Source: Cyanophora paradoxa CCMP329 | Taxonomy: Eukaryota; Plantae; Glaucophyta | Assembly (NCBI GenBank): GCA_004431415.1 | Contig: QPMI01000022.1 | Span: 124,001-188,000 of the forward strand | Length of the DNA: 64,000 nt | Direction: 5' to 3' | The notes under the pieces: generated by a model | The model's database searches: none | Told to the model about the DNA's origin: nothing | The model's input: the letters and a program-made list of their open reading frames with translations, nothing else | Part shown: positions 47,501 through 60,121 of the stretch, piece after piece | Numbering within the stretch: the first letter of the stretch is position 1 | How the letters are laid out: each line of letters begins with the position of its first letter | Translations under genes and position numbers: made by a program

Positions 47501-48936
47501 CCAGGATAGGAAGGGAGGGGCGTGGGCAGGGGCGGGCCAAGGGTTCAAGGGTTCAAGAGGGAGGGACGGGGACGGGGAAGAGCCGAGGCTCTTAGAAGCT
47601 AGGAAGGGAGGAGCGGAGCGCGGGGGGGGAGGGGGGGGGATGCGGGGGAAGGGGAGGGAAGCACTTGAGGAGCTCGAGGATCCCGAGGACCTGTCGGGGG
47701 CGAAATCAGGAGGAGGCGAACGAAGGCCGAGGCTCCAGGCGGGGTACGCACGATGTCGTTCACGTAGCAGAAGCCCGAGGCCTCCGACGCCTGCGCCGAA
47801 AGCGGGTTCGAGGAGGGGGGGAGGCGGGGAGGGGAGGGGTACGCGATGCGCGCGCCTTGGCGTGGTGGAGGCCGCCGGCCCAGTTGACGGCGATGTCGGC
47901 GGCGCCGTCGTTGAGCTTCACCGCGCCGCCGATGCTCCCGCCCGCCGAGACCTCGCAGACTGCCGAGTGCCGAGGCGGGGCGGGGCGGGCCGGGGCAGGC
48001 CGGGGCCGGGGCGTCAGCGCCGCGCCGCAAAGAAAGAAGAAGCGGGGCGAAGCCGAGTGAAAGAAGAAAGGGGCGGGGGCGCACAGTTGTAGAGCCCGTC
48101 GAAGACGGGGCAGTCCTCGCCCACGTTGAACCTGTGCAGCTGCTTCCTGCGGGCGGGCGGGCGGGCGTACGTACGTACGTTGGCTCGCGGTTTGACAGGA
48201 GCGCAGGGAGCAGGGCGGGAGCCTTGAAGTATAAGGAGCTAAATTCATCTAATTATATAAGCTCTTATAGAGGGGGAGGGCGGGAGGCGGGGCGGGGCGC
48301 ACGAGAAGGATCCCATGTTGTCGGGCGTGACGAGGCGAAGGAACTGGACGTAGTCGTCCCCGTGGAACCGGGTCAGGTCCGCCACCGTCGCCGCCCGGGG
48401 CTTGTACCTGCGGCCGCCGCCGCGGCTCGCGCCGCGTTGGCCGCATGCAGCGCGGCGCGGTGCGGCTGCGACCACGAGCGCACCGCTGCATCTTCCGATC
48501 GATTCCGTATGTGTGAAGCAGCGTATCCACCATCCTGATTCGGTGCGGCTGGCGCGGCGTGAGCGCTGGCGACGCGCGAGGCGCGCCGCCCCGCACCTTC
48601 ATGGGATGGCCGGGGCCATAGTGGTAGTTCCCTGCGCATACCGGGCGTCACATCGCGGCCCCTCATCGAGACTTTTCGGCGCTAGCGCGACGAGGGCAGG
48701 CGGCGGCAAGCTCGGGTCTCGCTAGCTGCGGTCCGCGGGGCGGGGGCTCGGCGGTCGCCAAGCTTCGATCTAACGCGTATGCACAGCTAGGAACCAAATC
48801 GCTGGCGAGACCAGATCGAGGTCAAGTCCGGTCGTTGTGGCGGCGGCCGCGGCTTTCACGCACGATCGCTCGCGTGTTTCGAGCGCGCAGGCGACTCACC
48901 GACTTCAGGATCGTAGAAGTACGTAACGCGAGGCAT
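44551..48936 (-). CDS. HDAC1: Class I histone deacetylase (RPD3/HDAC1-like)
   Basis: [22 protein letters not shown]|[29 protein letters not shown]|[24 protein letters not shown]|[42 protein letters not shown]|CWTYET, and an acidic tail with ELSDSDGE. Confidence 0.97.
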
Positions 48937-49104
48937 CGCTGAGGGGGTAGATGTTGCGAGGTTTTGGGGGGGGGGGGGGGGTCCTGGGGGAGGAGAATTC
49001 GAAGAGGGGATCGATATCCGGAGCTCGCTAGACTCTAGCTAGAGAGCTAGCTAGAGGAGAGCTGCACGTCGATCGCGATCGTGAGGGGAGAATTTGACGC
49101 AGCC

Positions 49105-51404
49105 ATGGCGCCGGCCGAGTCGAGGCCGGCGGGGCGCGAGTCCGATTCGGAGGGGACTAGCTATAGCTCGAAGACTCAAACTCTGTGCGCCCGTTGCCGG
49201 CAGCTTGCTGCCGCCCAGCGCGCGCCAGCAGCAGCACCAGCGCGAGATATCGATCTAGCGTGTCGGTGCGCCTCCATTCCTCGCCCAGCCATCGGCGTAC
49301 GCGCTTGCTGACCCCGTTTCAGAAGCGCGGCCCGCGCGTAACAAGAAGATGCTTCTGAGCTCATATAGCAGCGTTTCGATGACCGCTGTGGCGCCGCAGG
49401 AGCGCCCGAATGAGAGCGCAGGTGCGCTGACTTTGGTTGCCCTTCGATTGAGTTCCTCTCCCGCGCCCTAGCCGACCTTTCGGGGCGCTGCCGCGCTCGC
49501 GCAGACTCGCTGCAGCGGCTGCTGAGCGAGGAGCGCGCGCTGCGAGAGAAGGCGGAGCAGGAAGTGGCCCGCCTGCGCGAGGAGTTGAAAAGGCGCCAAT
49601 CCGCGTCGACCGTCGAGGGCGATTCGAGCTCTGACATCGAGGGCGAGATCGGCGCTGATGGCGAAGCGTCCGAGTACGTCGACGCCGAAGAAGGCCCCTT
49701 GGAAGCAGGTGAATGGGTTTTCAAAATTTTTCCAAGCGAGCTTCGTTTCTGCCCTCGTGTGTCTCATCGCTTACATGTACACCTTACGAGCACGTACAGA
49801 GGCCGAACACGACGCGGAGATCGCTGCGGCGACGGACTTCGCGGCGCGGCGCGGCGGCGCGATGGACCGCCTCTCAGCGCTGCGGCTGCAGGAGCTCCGC
49901 AGCGCCGACCTCCGCACCCCGTCCCCAGCCGTCGCGGCCCACACGCCGCCCCCGCCGCCGGCGCCCGTCAAGCGGCCCCTCGCGAACCCCCGCCGCGCGG
50001 CGACCGCGGCCGCGGGGCCCGCGCGCCGCTTCCTCCGGTTCCGCAGCGGCAACGGCGCCGCCTCCGCGTCCCCGCCGCCAGCGGCGGGCGCGCGTCGCCC
50101 GCCCTCGGCCGCTCGGCCTTCTCGCCGGCGGCCCGGCTCGCCCGCGCCACCCCGTCGCCCCTCACGCTGGGCCCCCCGCGCTCCGGAGCAGCGCGCCCTC
50201 ACCCCGCCCGCCGGCCATGAAGCGGCACGCCCCCAGCGGGCCGCTCGGGGAGCCGCAGCCGCAGCCCGCGGCGTCGACCGACGGCCGCGGATCCGCGGCT
50301 GCAGCTGGGGCTGCGGCCGGGGCCAGCGGCGAGGAGAGCGGTGGAGAGGATTTCATGAGCCTCGAGAACCTCGACCTGGTGCGTTGGAAGTCTATGCGTA
50401 CATTTCTAGGGTTCCGTGGATCGAGCCTTCCGCCCGAAAGCTAAAATTATGCGACCGCTAGCACTTATATTGAGCGCCGGCCTAGCCCCCCAGGCGCCTT
50501 TCGGTCTAGATCTAGCCTGGCAGGCCCCTTGCTGATCCATCCTTCTTCTCCCGCGTACGCAGGGCTCTGGCTCACGATCTCCGCAGAAGGCCCCGAACCC
50601 GAACCCGGCGCTGCCCGCGGCCGTGGCCACGCAGACGCGGGACCGCGGGCACGCCGCGCGCGCCGCGCACGCGCTCCATGGCCACTGCGACCGGGAGCCG
50701 CACGCCGGCCGCGCGCTCTGGTCCTCCCCCGCGCCCTCGGGATCGCCCCTCGTCGAGGTGCGCATGCGCCACTCGAGGCCTAGGGCGTTAGCGTTGGCTT
50801 CGCTGCCGGCCCCGAGACGGATAAGCAATATTCACATTTAAAATTTATTTCGCCGGTTTCCGGATCCGCGCTGATCTCGACGTTCTCGAGCGGCGCTGGC
50901 GTTGTTCGTGGTCCCGCTCCGTTCTATCCTACATATAAAATTTACACATCCCCCGCGGCCTTACATATTTAACATATCTATGCCCGTTTCCGCGCCGTTC
51001 CCGACGCCCTCCTCTCTTTCTCGCCCTGACGTCCGCGCCCGCCCGCCCGCCCCCGCGCAGACCGTCGACGTCACGCTCGCGGCGGTGTGCGAGCGGCTGC
51101 GGGGGACCCTGCAGCGCCTCTCGGGCGGCGGCGGGGGCGCCGGGGGCGCCGGGGGCGGGGCGCCGGGGCGCCCTCGCCCGGGCTCGAATTCCAGGGTGGG
51201 GCCCGCGCCGACCCGCAGCAGCTGCAGCTGCCGGCGCTGCTGGCGGCGATCGAGGGGGCGGCGGGGCGGCGCGCGGAGGAGGCGGGCCGCCTCCGGGGTA
51301 CCGAGGCGGAGCTCAGGCGGCAGCTCCGCGAGATGGTCGAGGCCGTCGCCGCCGCCCGCGCCGCAGGCCCCCCGGCCGCGCTCGCCCCCAGCTGCAGCTC
51401 ATGA
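49105..51404 (+). CDS. Hypothetical coiled-coil / low-complexity protein
   Basis: Exons such as LQRLLSEERALREKAEQEVARLREELKRR and EAEHDAEIAAATDFAARRGGAMDRLSALRLQEL with GT..AG boundaries; no recognisable domain. Confidence 0.4.
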
Positions 51405-52213
51405 TCACAGCTTGGCGGCTTCGAAGACTAACCGGCTAATTGTAGGGACCGAAGGCACGTAAACTAGCTTAGTAAGACTGTAACTTCTGTAAGAGCCTAC
51501 TAAGAGGACTCTCCGGTCCGGCGGGAGCTTACTAAGAGGTTACGAGGAAGTTAGCAACCGCAAGTTGCTGCCAAGTTGCAAGTTGTGCCAACTTGCTGGC
51601 AACTGCAGCCGGCGCCTGCAGGGAAACTTGAGTGTTCGAACACGCCCGTCACCGCGACGCCAATCTGCGTTCGAGAGAGCAACCAATGGGCCGCAGCGCT
51701 TAGATAAGACTCTGTACCCCATCCGGGTGTGCTTCCTTCCCGCGCTGCGCATGCGGCTGCGGGCGCCTCAGCCGCGCCTTAGTACAGTGAGTACAGTGAG
51801 CTCAGTACACTACCGTACTACTACGCCTCTCGATCGCCTTACCCGGCTTACCGGTAGTCGACGTCGCTCCGAACTGAGTCCGAAGCTCACTAGCTACTAG
51901 CTAGTAGCTACCGTAGTACGTATGCAGGCTGTAGCATGCATATGGCATGTAGGCAGCTGTAGGCATACCAGCGCTCCGAACTTCCGAGTCCGAAGTCGCA
52001 ACTGTGCATGCGCAAGGCTGTACTACGTGTAGGCGGTACTACTGTGTACGTAGTAGCTGAGGGCCTGAGGCGCCCCGCGCGAGCACCGTGGCGGATAGTG
52101 AAAGCCGGCGCCGGCCGCGGGCGCAACGAGAACGCGGCCGTTCAGTGGCGACCGAGCGGCGCGCTGCTCTAGATCTCCGCTGATCGGCGGCCGAGGCGTC
52201 GCGTCGTGCGCCC

Positions 52214-54856
52214 ATGGCCGCGACGCACGCGGCGCTCCTTCGGGAGCTCGATGCGGTGCGCTGTGCTTTGAGCCCGCATCGACGGCGCGCCCGCGGCCAC
52301 TAAATACTTCTGATCATGCCGCGCCGCGCGCTCGCAGCTGTTTGTGGAGGCCCACAGGATGGTTACGGAGCCGGGCGAGTGGGTTCCCGTCGAGACCGAC
52401 GCCGGCGTGCAGGCGAAAGTCCTGACCGAGTGCTGGTGCCGCCCCGGCCCTCCCACGCCGAACCTCTCCGCCGACCCCCCCGCTCGCCGATCCGCATCAA
52501 TGCCGGCTCTCAATAACCTCTATGTAAGATGATGACAGAGTACTAGTGCCCCACCCTAGAGCCATAAACCACGTACAGGCCTTGGCCTCCGCCGCCCCGG
52601 CCCGCGCGCGCCCGCGGCCGGCGCGCGCCGGCGCCCCTCAAGCTCCTCACGCTATGAGCCCCTGCCGCCCCTCCTCAGGGAGCACCCTCGGGACCCCGGG
52701 CGGCCGCCCTCGGTCCGGGTCGGCGTGAACTTGGAGGGCAAGGATGCAAGCGACGTCACGCGCTCCATCATCTCCCTAAACAACGTCGCCGTGCGTCTGC
52801 CTGGCCTAGCCTGAGCTACTAGGCTAGCTAGGCTTGAGCTCGCCCCTCTGAGCTCGAGCCCACCCGCAGAGAGGCAACGACTTCCTCGTCAAGGAGGGCG
52901 CGCCCCAATTCGATCTCAATCTGATTGAAACCGAATTCGATCCCAATTTGATCTGATTTGAAATTCTCATATGATCAGACTTGGTGGAGGAGGTTCTCCC
53001 CCCGGGGGCCGGCGACCCCGACGGCCTCGGCTTCGCCGTCGTCCACGACCTCGTCGGATTCCTCTTCGGTGCGCCCGAGGCGGGCGGGGCAGGCCGGGCC
53101 GGGCCGGGCCCGCGCGGGCCGGGCCGGGCCCCGGCTGGGGCGGGTTGCGGAGGGTTGGGGCGGGACACGCGCCCCTCGTCCTTAGCGACGTCGACAGGCC
53201 TAAATATAAGGTCCCGCCTCTCCGGATTCGTGCCTCAGTAACCATCCCGCAGGCTGGACCATGCAGTGGTACTCCCTCTTCGCCTCCCGGTGCGCTCAGA
53301 TCTGATCAGATCAGATGTGATCTGATCCGATCCAATCGATATCTGATCGGAGCTCTCGGACTCCTCCTCCGCTCACCGGCCGCCTCCGCAGGCGCCTTGC
53401 GGACGGGAGCGCGTTGGGCGTCAAGATTCCTGTCGAGCCGGACGGGTCCAGCTGGCGAGCCGTACCCCCTCACCATCCCCCCCCCTTCCCCCGCCACATC
53501 TTACGCTCGGGGGTACAGGAGCACGCGGAACCGTCACAGGGCGCACTTCCCGCTGGTCGCGATCTACGTGGAGGGTACCCCCGCCGGCTGCCGCTGCGTT
53601 CGCGCCACCGAGACGAGCCACCTGCCCTGGCCCCACTCGATCATCCCAGCCCGCACCAGCCGGGACCTCGTGATCAATTTCAACACGAAGCACGTCGTGA
53701 GGCTCGCCCGCCTCCTGGCGGACGGGGGGGTATCGCTTCCCGAGGACCCCGCCGCTCCCTCCTCCCCCGGCCTCGGCCCCGCCCCCTCCCCCGGCGCGGC
53801 CCGCCTGCCCCCCTTCGCCTCGGGATCCGCATCCCTGCCCCCCGACCTGGCGTGCAGCGCCGGCGCCGGCTCCGCCCCCCAGAACGCCGGCCCCAGCGTC
53901 CACGCGCTCTTCTTTAGCCTGCTGGGCATGACCGAGCAGGTACCCCCCGCCGGCTTCCCCCCCTCGACCTTTTTTCTGACATACGGGGGTACAGGAGGCG
54001 ATGGAGGCGGAGAACGCGGCGGCGCGGCTGGCGACGGGGGCGGCGCCTGTGGGCGACCTCGCGCGCATCGGGCCCCGCATACTGGAGGACCCGTCCCTCG
54101 CCTCCCGGGTACGCACGCCTTTTCCGAGTTTGAATTTGAATGTTTGAATTTTGCTGCAGTTGCAAGGGGCGATAGAGGTCACGAGCCAGCTCTCGCTGCG
54201 CCTCGAGCGGATGAATTCGAACATGATGCATGCCCCGCCCCGGCCCGGCCCGAGCCCCGCGGCCGGGCCGAGCCCGGGCCCGGGCCCGGGCCCGGGCCAG
54301 GCCCCGCGGCCGCCCCGGGTACCGCGAGCCCTGGCCCGGTCCGGCCGCGGGGCCCGCCGCCCCGAGCCCCGGGGCGTCCTTGTTCAAGACAGAGCCCAGG
54401 GTCCTCTCGACCTCCTCCGCGCCCGCGCCCATAATCAAGACGGAGCCCATGCCCGCGGCCTTCGAGTTCTCAGAGCCCAGGGTCCTCTCGACCTTCTCCG
54501 CGCCCGCGCCCATGGTCAAGGCGGAGCCCATGCCCGCGGCCTTCGAGTTCTCGGGGCCAGGATCCGGAGCGGCGGCCCGCGGCCGGGAGCCCCCCGCCGG
54601 AAACGGAACCGCAGCGTACGCGTGGCCCCTCCGCGGGGGCGCCCAGCAGGCGTCCGCTCTCATGCCCCCCGTGGAAATACCCCCCGGGGGGGAAGAAGCC
54701 TCGAGCTCGGGGTCCCCCGTTGGCTCCGGGGGGGAGGAGTGGCCCGAGCCGGGGGGGCCGAAGCCCACGCCCATGCTCGGGTACGAATCCGCGCCTGCCC
54801 CCTTCCGCCCCCCCCCCCCCCCCCCCCCCCCCGCCCGTCCCTCTCCCTTCCCTTGA
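52214..54856 (+). CDS. Hypothetical protein; N-terminal globular domain (possibly START/Bet v1-like), Pro-rich tail with duplicated psi-K-x-E motifs
   Basis: MAATHAALLRELDA|LFVEAHRMVTEPGEWVPVETDAGVQ..SVRVGVNLEGKDASDVTRSIISLNN..DLVEEVLPP..FAVVHDLVGFLF..HFPLVAIYVE|DLVINFNTKHVV. The fold assignment is weak. Confidence 0.4.
54390..54551 (+). repeat. 81-bp tandem duplication (27 codons x2)
   Basis: Units start CAGAGCCCAGGGTCCTCTCGACC at 54390 and 54471; they encode EPRVLST(S/F)SAPAP(II/MV)K(T/A)EPMPAAFEFS. Confidence 0.9.
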
Positions 54857-57847
54857 CCGGCGCCGGATCGATTCCTCAGGATGTACATTTTTCTGGAGGA
54901 GTTCAAAGAGAAGCACAAGAGGTAAGAAGCGGGCTCACCTGAGCTAGCCAGCTCACCTGAGGTCTAAATCTGGAAGGTAGCGGGAACTTTACGGGAAACA
55001 AGAGCTAAAAACTAAGAACACCTTAAGAACACATGAGAACACTGCGGCAAAGTACACCTCCAGTTTCAGCTGAAGGCAGCGGGAAGAACAGTACAGCCCC
55101 CGCTGCGATCCGCCCCCGGCCCGCCCCCGCCCTCTCCCCCGCGGCCCCGCCTCGCACCCGCCGGCCCCTCCCGCGGCCCGCGTCCCTCCCAGCCTTCCCC
55201 CTCTAAGAAAGAAGAGCCTCGGAGCCCTAGGCCTGAAGCTTACATTAGATCCGCTGACGCCGCTGTCCCCCGCAGCCTCTCGGACGAAGAACTCGCCCGG
55301 CGCGTGGCGGATGCGTGGGGCGCCCTCACCCCCTCCCAGGTGCGAATTCGAATGCATACGAGAATTCGAATCGATTAGAGACCATGAGGTGTTAGCTGTG
55401 GGCTCCCCCGCGGCTTTCCCGGATGCCGGCCCGCGTTGTCTGGACAAGACGGGTGTTATATATATTTATCTATAAATTGGATTGTAGGACTCGGTCCAAA
55501 CTTAGCTCGCAGCTCAAGTCCGCCAAACTCTAAGCTCTTAGCTCCCGCCGCTTTCAAAGATAAAATGGAATATTGCGCCGCTGACGCCCGGACCACCAGC
55601 GGCGCTCGTACCTGCGAAAAGCGCAGCGCAAGCGGCGCTACGAGAAAGATCAGGTACCCCCGGACCCCACCACGCTCTCCTCAATTTCTCTCTCCCTCTC
55701 TTTCTCTCTCGAAATTTGATCCGAGGGCCAGGCGGCGGCCGTGGCGCGCCGCTCTGTGCGCTCGATTCGACCCCGCGAGGCCACAGCGGCAGCGCCGTTT
55801 TCGGCGCAGCTGGTTTCGGCGCAGCCGATGTTGCCGCAGCCGTACCTCACCTGGATACCCCTCTTCGTCCCGGGTCCCGGGGCCCCGTAGGCCCCCCGCC
55901 TGACACCCCCCCCCCCCCCCCCGCTTCTTGCCGTGACCGCGGGGGCGTACCCCCCTTCCAGCCCTCAGGGCCTTCCCCGGTCGGCTCGACCCCCCCCCCT
56001 CCCTCCCCCCCCCCGCCCTGCGGCTTTAATTTTCACACCAGCGAGACGTCTGTACATGTTCCCTCCATGGGGATTAATATTCCCTCCGGCCACTGAGCTT
56101 CGGCTCGTGTCCGCGTGAGCCTCCGTTCTGAGCCTGCGACCCTTCGCTGCGACCGCACGCTGTTGCTGAAGGCTTTATTCTCAACGCAGCCAGTTTTCGT
56201 AGAACCCATGAATTATTATATCATAGTGTTTCTTCAATTTCTTCTATTACCTAGTGGCTGGTTTCGAACTCAGTTTAATTTGCTCCTTTGCATTTCTCAG
56301 ACACCGATGTAGATACACGGATGCCATCGCGCGATCGATGAAAGGCATTCTCAGAGTCTTTCCTGCACGGGCACGCCCGGTCGCGGTCACTGGATCCGTG
56401 CTGCGGTTTTAACTTATAATTAGTATACCGTATACGTAATTTTAGAGTTTGGATACAAATGCAGCACTATTACAGATTAAGCTTCAAATCATTCTAGCCA
56501 GTAGATCTCCGATACGGATCCAGATAAGATGATATTTTGCACGTGTACATATAAGCTCGGCGACGATACTTGCATCTCGAGCTTTGCTGGGCTAGCGCTG
56601 ATCATGATCCTGAACTTCGGAACTCGCAATCCCCCTCCTTTGTTTTCTGTTTATGCTACTGCTAACAGCTAGGTAATCAATGAATTCGCACACACCGAGA
56701 CAATACGGCTAACGATAGAACTGACTGCTAACAGCTAGCTGCAGTACGTGAACGTCTGCGCTGCGATTTTAGCTTCAACTCGAATACTTGGTGATTGCAG
56801 TGGGAGCCAGCCCCGATCTAGATCTAGAGAGGGAAGGGAGAGGGAAGGGGTGGGGGTGGGGGTGGGGGGCCGGGTGGGGGGCCGGGGTGGGGGTGGGGGT
56901 TGGGGTGGAGGGGGGGGGGGGGGGGCGGGGGGGGGGGGGGGCGGGCCCAGTCGACGTCGACGTACGCGTCGACGTACGCGTACGCGCGCGCGGAGCGCGG
57001 CCGCGGGGGATAGGGCCGGGCCCGGGGGAGCCTATGTCAAGTCGCCGAGTCGAGCGATTGCCGTCTCCAAGCGATATCGATCGAGCTGGCCCATATGCAT
57101 GGCCAGTGGATCTCGACTTAATCGGCGGCCCCGCGCTAGCGCCGCGGCCGGCCGGCGCCGGCGTGGCCGCGCGCGGCCTTAAGCTTCGCGATCGATTGCC
57201 TAGGCCTAGGTATACGCGTACGTATTCGCCAAGTCGACTCGTTGCGCGACATCGACATGCATCGATAACGATCTGCAAACGAAGTCCGATCATCGGATCT
57301 GACTTCGAATTCGACCGTCGGACGGCCACGGCCACGAACTTCGGAAGCTTTAATCAAGCTTGCGGCGCGGCAGCCTTATATTAATTAGCTTAAGCTTGCA
57401 ATTGCGCATGCGCATGCGCATGCGCTCGAGCTCGCACTGCGGCAGCCGCCGCGAGCCAGGGTCTAGATCTTTAGCTCGCGGAAGAGCAAGCTTAGGCGGC
57501 TGCGCATGCAGGCTGCAGCTGACGGCGCCGGCGAGCCTGGCGCCCAGCGTCGGCCGGGTCGGATTCCACGCGTACCCCGGTCCGTTGGAGAAGGTCAGCT
57601 GAAGCGATCAGCTGACTCAGTGAAGTGACCCGGCGTCACCATGCCGCCCCGAGTTGGTCCTCGACCCCGCTCAGCGAGCCCCAGCGTTCGCCTGGTTCGG
57701 GTACACTCGCCCCGACCCGCGCGTTCGCCAGCAATCGCTTCGCGAGCCCCGGAGCACATACAGCGAGCACTCAGAGCACATAGAGGCCGCCCGCACTCGG
57801 CGCTCCGGGGCCCATCCGCCACTCCTCGTAGAAGCCATCCGCAGTCA

Positions 57848-59987
57848 TGGCGCAACACTGGCCCATCCTCGAGCGGCAGCCCGGCCGCGGGACCACCGTG
57901 AGCGTTCGCGTGCGAGCCGGGGGCGCGCTGCGGGCTCTTCTGACGCCCTCGCGCTGCGCAGCGTGCCTCGCTTGCGGATTTCGATGCGGGCCTGCAGTCG
58001 TACGCGGCCGGCGTCATCGCGGCGCGCCTCGCCGCGGTGGACCCCGAGGGCCTCGTGAGGCTCTCCCTCGCATCGCGGGGCGTGTGCGCTCTGCTCCTCC
58101 AGCAGCAGAAGTGGTTCCAGAACGCGCTGCGGGAGCCAGGCTGCCTCGACCTGGCGGCGGCGGTCTCTCCGCAGCCGCGCATCTACAGCGCCCGCCTTCG
58201 CCTGGTCAACTGGGCCGTTAGGCGGCAGTACCTGAGCGCCCGCAGCGTTCGCGTCGCCATGCTGACGGACGGAGGGAACCCGCGGGACCGGAACGACAAG
58301 CGCGAGCTCGAGCTCCTGCTCCAGAACCTGGCGCCCGGCCTCCAGGAGGCTACGCTCGTGGGTGCGCGCGCCTTCTGGCGCCCTCCGCTTCGCGCGCCCC
58401 GCTCACCGAATCGCGGCAGTGTACGGCGTGCAGGACCCGGATGCGCACCAGACGCCCCTGCCGCGCATCCGGGCGCTCCTCCAGACCCTCCAGCCGGCGG
58501 CCGCGACCCTCGCGTCGCTCCGCGTCGTCGTCGACCCGTCCGTCGACCGGCAGCACCTCCGGCGCCTCGCCTTGGAGAGCACGTGCCGCTTCTGGGCGGA
58601 GGCCCTGACGCCGTTCGCGGCCCTTGTCGACGTCGACCTGCCCTCCCACAACCTGGACCTCGCTGCCTACGTCATATGCCGTACCCGCCGCGTCTCGGTC
58701 CAGGTCTTCTCCGTCTACAAAGAGACCGTCGGCTGGTTCGACCGGTGGGCGCGGAGGCCGGAGAGCGCCTACAACCGCCCGGGGGGCCCCTCGCTGCGGG
58801 GCATCACCCTGGTCCGCCCTCCCCAGGGGCTCCTCTACGCGCCGGAGACCGTCAAGGAGCTGTTCTGGCGCGTCGACACCTGCGGTCGGCGCTCCCCGTG
58901 GGCCCCCGACTGGCGCCGCCGCCTCGAGTGGCTCCGCTTCGGGGGTACGGCGATCGTGGGCGGGGGGGAGGAGGCCTGGCTCCCCGAGCGGCCCGCCGGC
59001 GACGTCGTCGACGAGCTCCTGCAGCCGCCCGCCTCCCCGACTTCGTTCTCCCACCTCCGCGAGCTCTGGATCGAGGTACCCCGCCCTCCACCCTCCTACC
59101 CCCACCCGCTCAACCCCCCCCCCCCCCAGCTGGAGGTTGCGTCGGCGCTGCGGATCCCCTTCGCGCTGCCCGGCCTCCTCCGGCTTCGCCTCGCGCTGCC
59201 CGGGGGCGCCCCGCTGCCCCCCGCGCTCCTGGACGCCCTCGCCGGCATGGCCGAGCTGCAGGAGCTCCGCGCAACCGTGCGTACCCACTCCCCCTCTCCG
59301 CCCCCCTCCCCTCCTTCCCCCTCCCCCCCCCCCCCCCCCCCTTTCTGCCTAGGCACTAATCTAGCCTAGTAGCCCACCCCCGCTTCCGGCCCTTCGTGTC
59401 CCGCGCGCCCTCCCCTCCCTTCCCCCCCCCCCCCCCCTCCCCTCCCCCTCCTCTCCTCCCGCCTAGGCCCTAAAGCAGCCTAGTAGCCCGCCCCGTCCAC
59501 AGGTTCTTCTTGTCTCGCCCTCCTGCCCGGCGCATTGAGGGGAAGTCCGGCGCACCCCGCCCTATCTCCCGCGCTCCCCTCCCCCTCTCCCCCCCCCCCC
59601 CCCCTCCGTCTAGTCCAGCGAACCCCCCCCTCCTCTCCCCCCCTTCCCTCTTCCCCCCCTTCCTTCGACGTCGCCCCGGCCTAGCCTGACCCGCCCGCCC
59701 TCCCGCCCCCTCAGATCCGCCCGCGGGACGTCCCCCGCCTCCTGCGGGGTGCCCTCGCCGCCCCCCGCCTCGCCCGCCTGGAGGCGACCCTGCCCTCAGG
59801 GGCGTGGGCCGGGGGCGCGGGGGCGGAGGCCGACCCCGACGCCCTCAGCGAAGTCGCGGGGCTCGCCGCCCGCCGCGGCCTGCGCTTCCTCCTCGTACCG
59901 GTACCCCCGGGGCCCTCCGGAACCGCGGCCGGCGCCGGCGCCGGGGCATCCATCCGCCTCCTTCCCCCCTCTATGGCGCAGCCTTAG
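57848..59987 (+). CDS. Hypothetical protein with degenerate F-box-like N-terminus and LRR-like repeats
   Basis: VIAARLAAVDPEGLVRLSLASRGVCALL, then APGLQEATL, ATLASLRV, SHLRELWIE, PGLLRLRL, AELQELRA and PRLARLEA; stop TAG at 59985-59987. Confidence 0.55.
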
Positions 59988-60121
59988 CTGGCTTGAGCTG
60001 GCTCCGCGGCCTCGTTTTTCATTGTTGCAGCCTGCCCTCCCGCCCAAGTCCAGCTTTAGCCGTGTAAATGTCCGCGCGCATGCTTATTTGAGTACTAGTA
60101 CTCGATTATAAATGCTGTATA

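Noticed and set aside
13745-48936. TET/JBP plus HDAC as an epigenetic gene cluster
   Set aside because: They are 24 kb apart with unrelated genes between; most likely coincidence.
3889-49105. Head-to-head gene pairs (3889/4061, 11483/11777, 22647/23162, 38162/38582, 48936/49105) as co-regulated modules
   Set aside because: Common in compact genomes; the partners have no evident functional relation and no shared promoter motif could be supported.
7880-54300. Apparent frameshifts (~7900, ~13080, ~18700, ~43300, ~51200, ~54280) as pseudogenisation or programmed frameshifting
   Set aside because: They fall in or near G/C homopolymer or repeat tracts, where sequencing indels or unrecognised small introns are the simpler explanation.
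55000-56800. Possible gene or ncRNA in the gap between the two plus-strand hypothetical genes
   Set aside because: No consistent exon chain, domain motif, or tRNA/rRNA/snRNA signature could be identified.
32107-59987. Three F-box or LRR-like genes as a functional cluster with the TIR-GBP gene
   Set aside because: They are dissimilar to each other, interspersed with housekeeping genes, and such families are commonly expanded; nothing links them beyond proximity.
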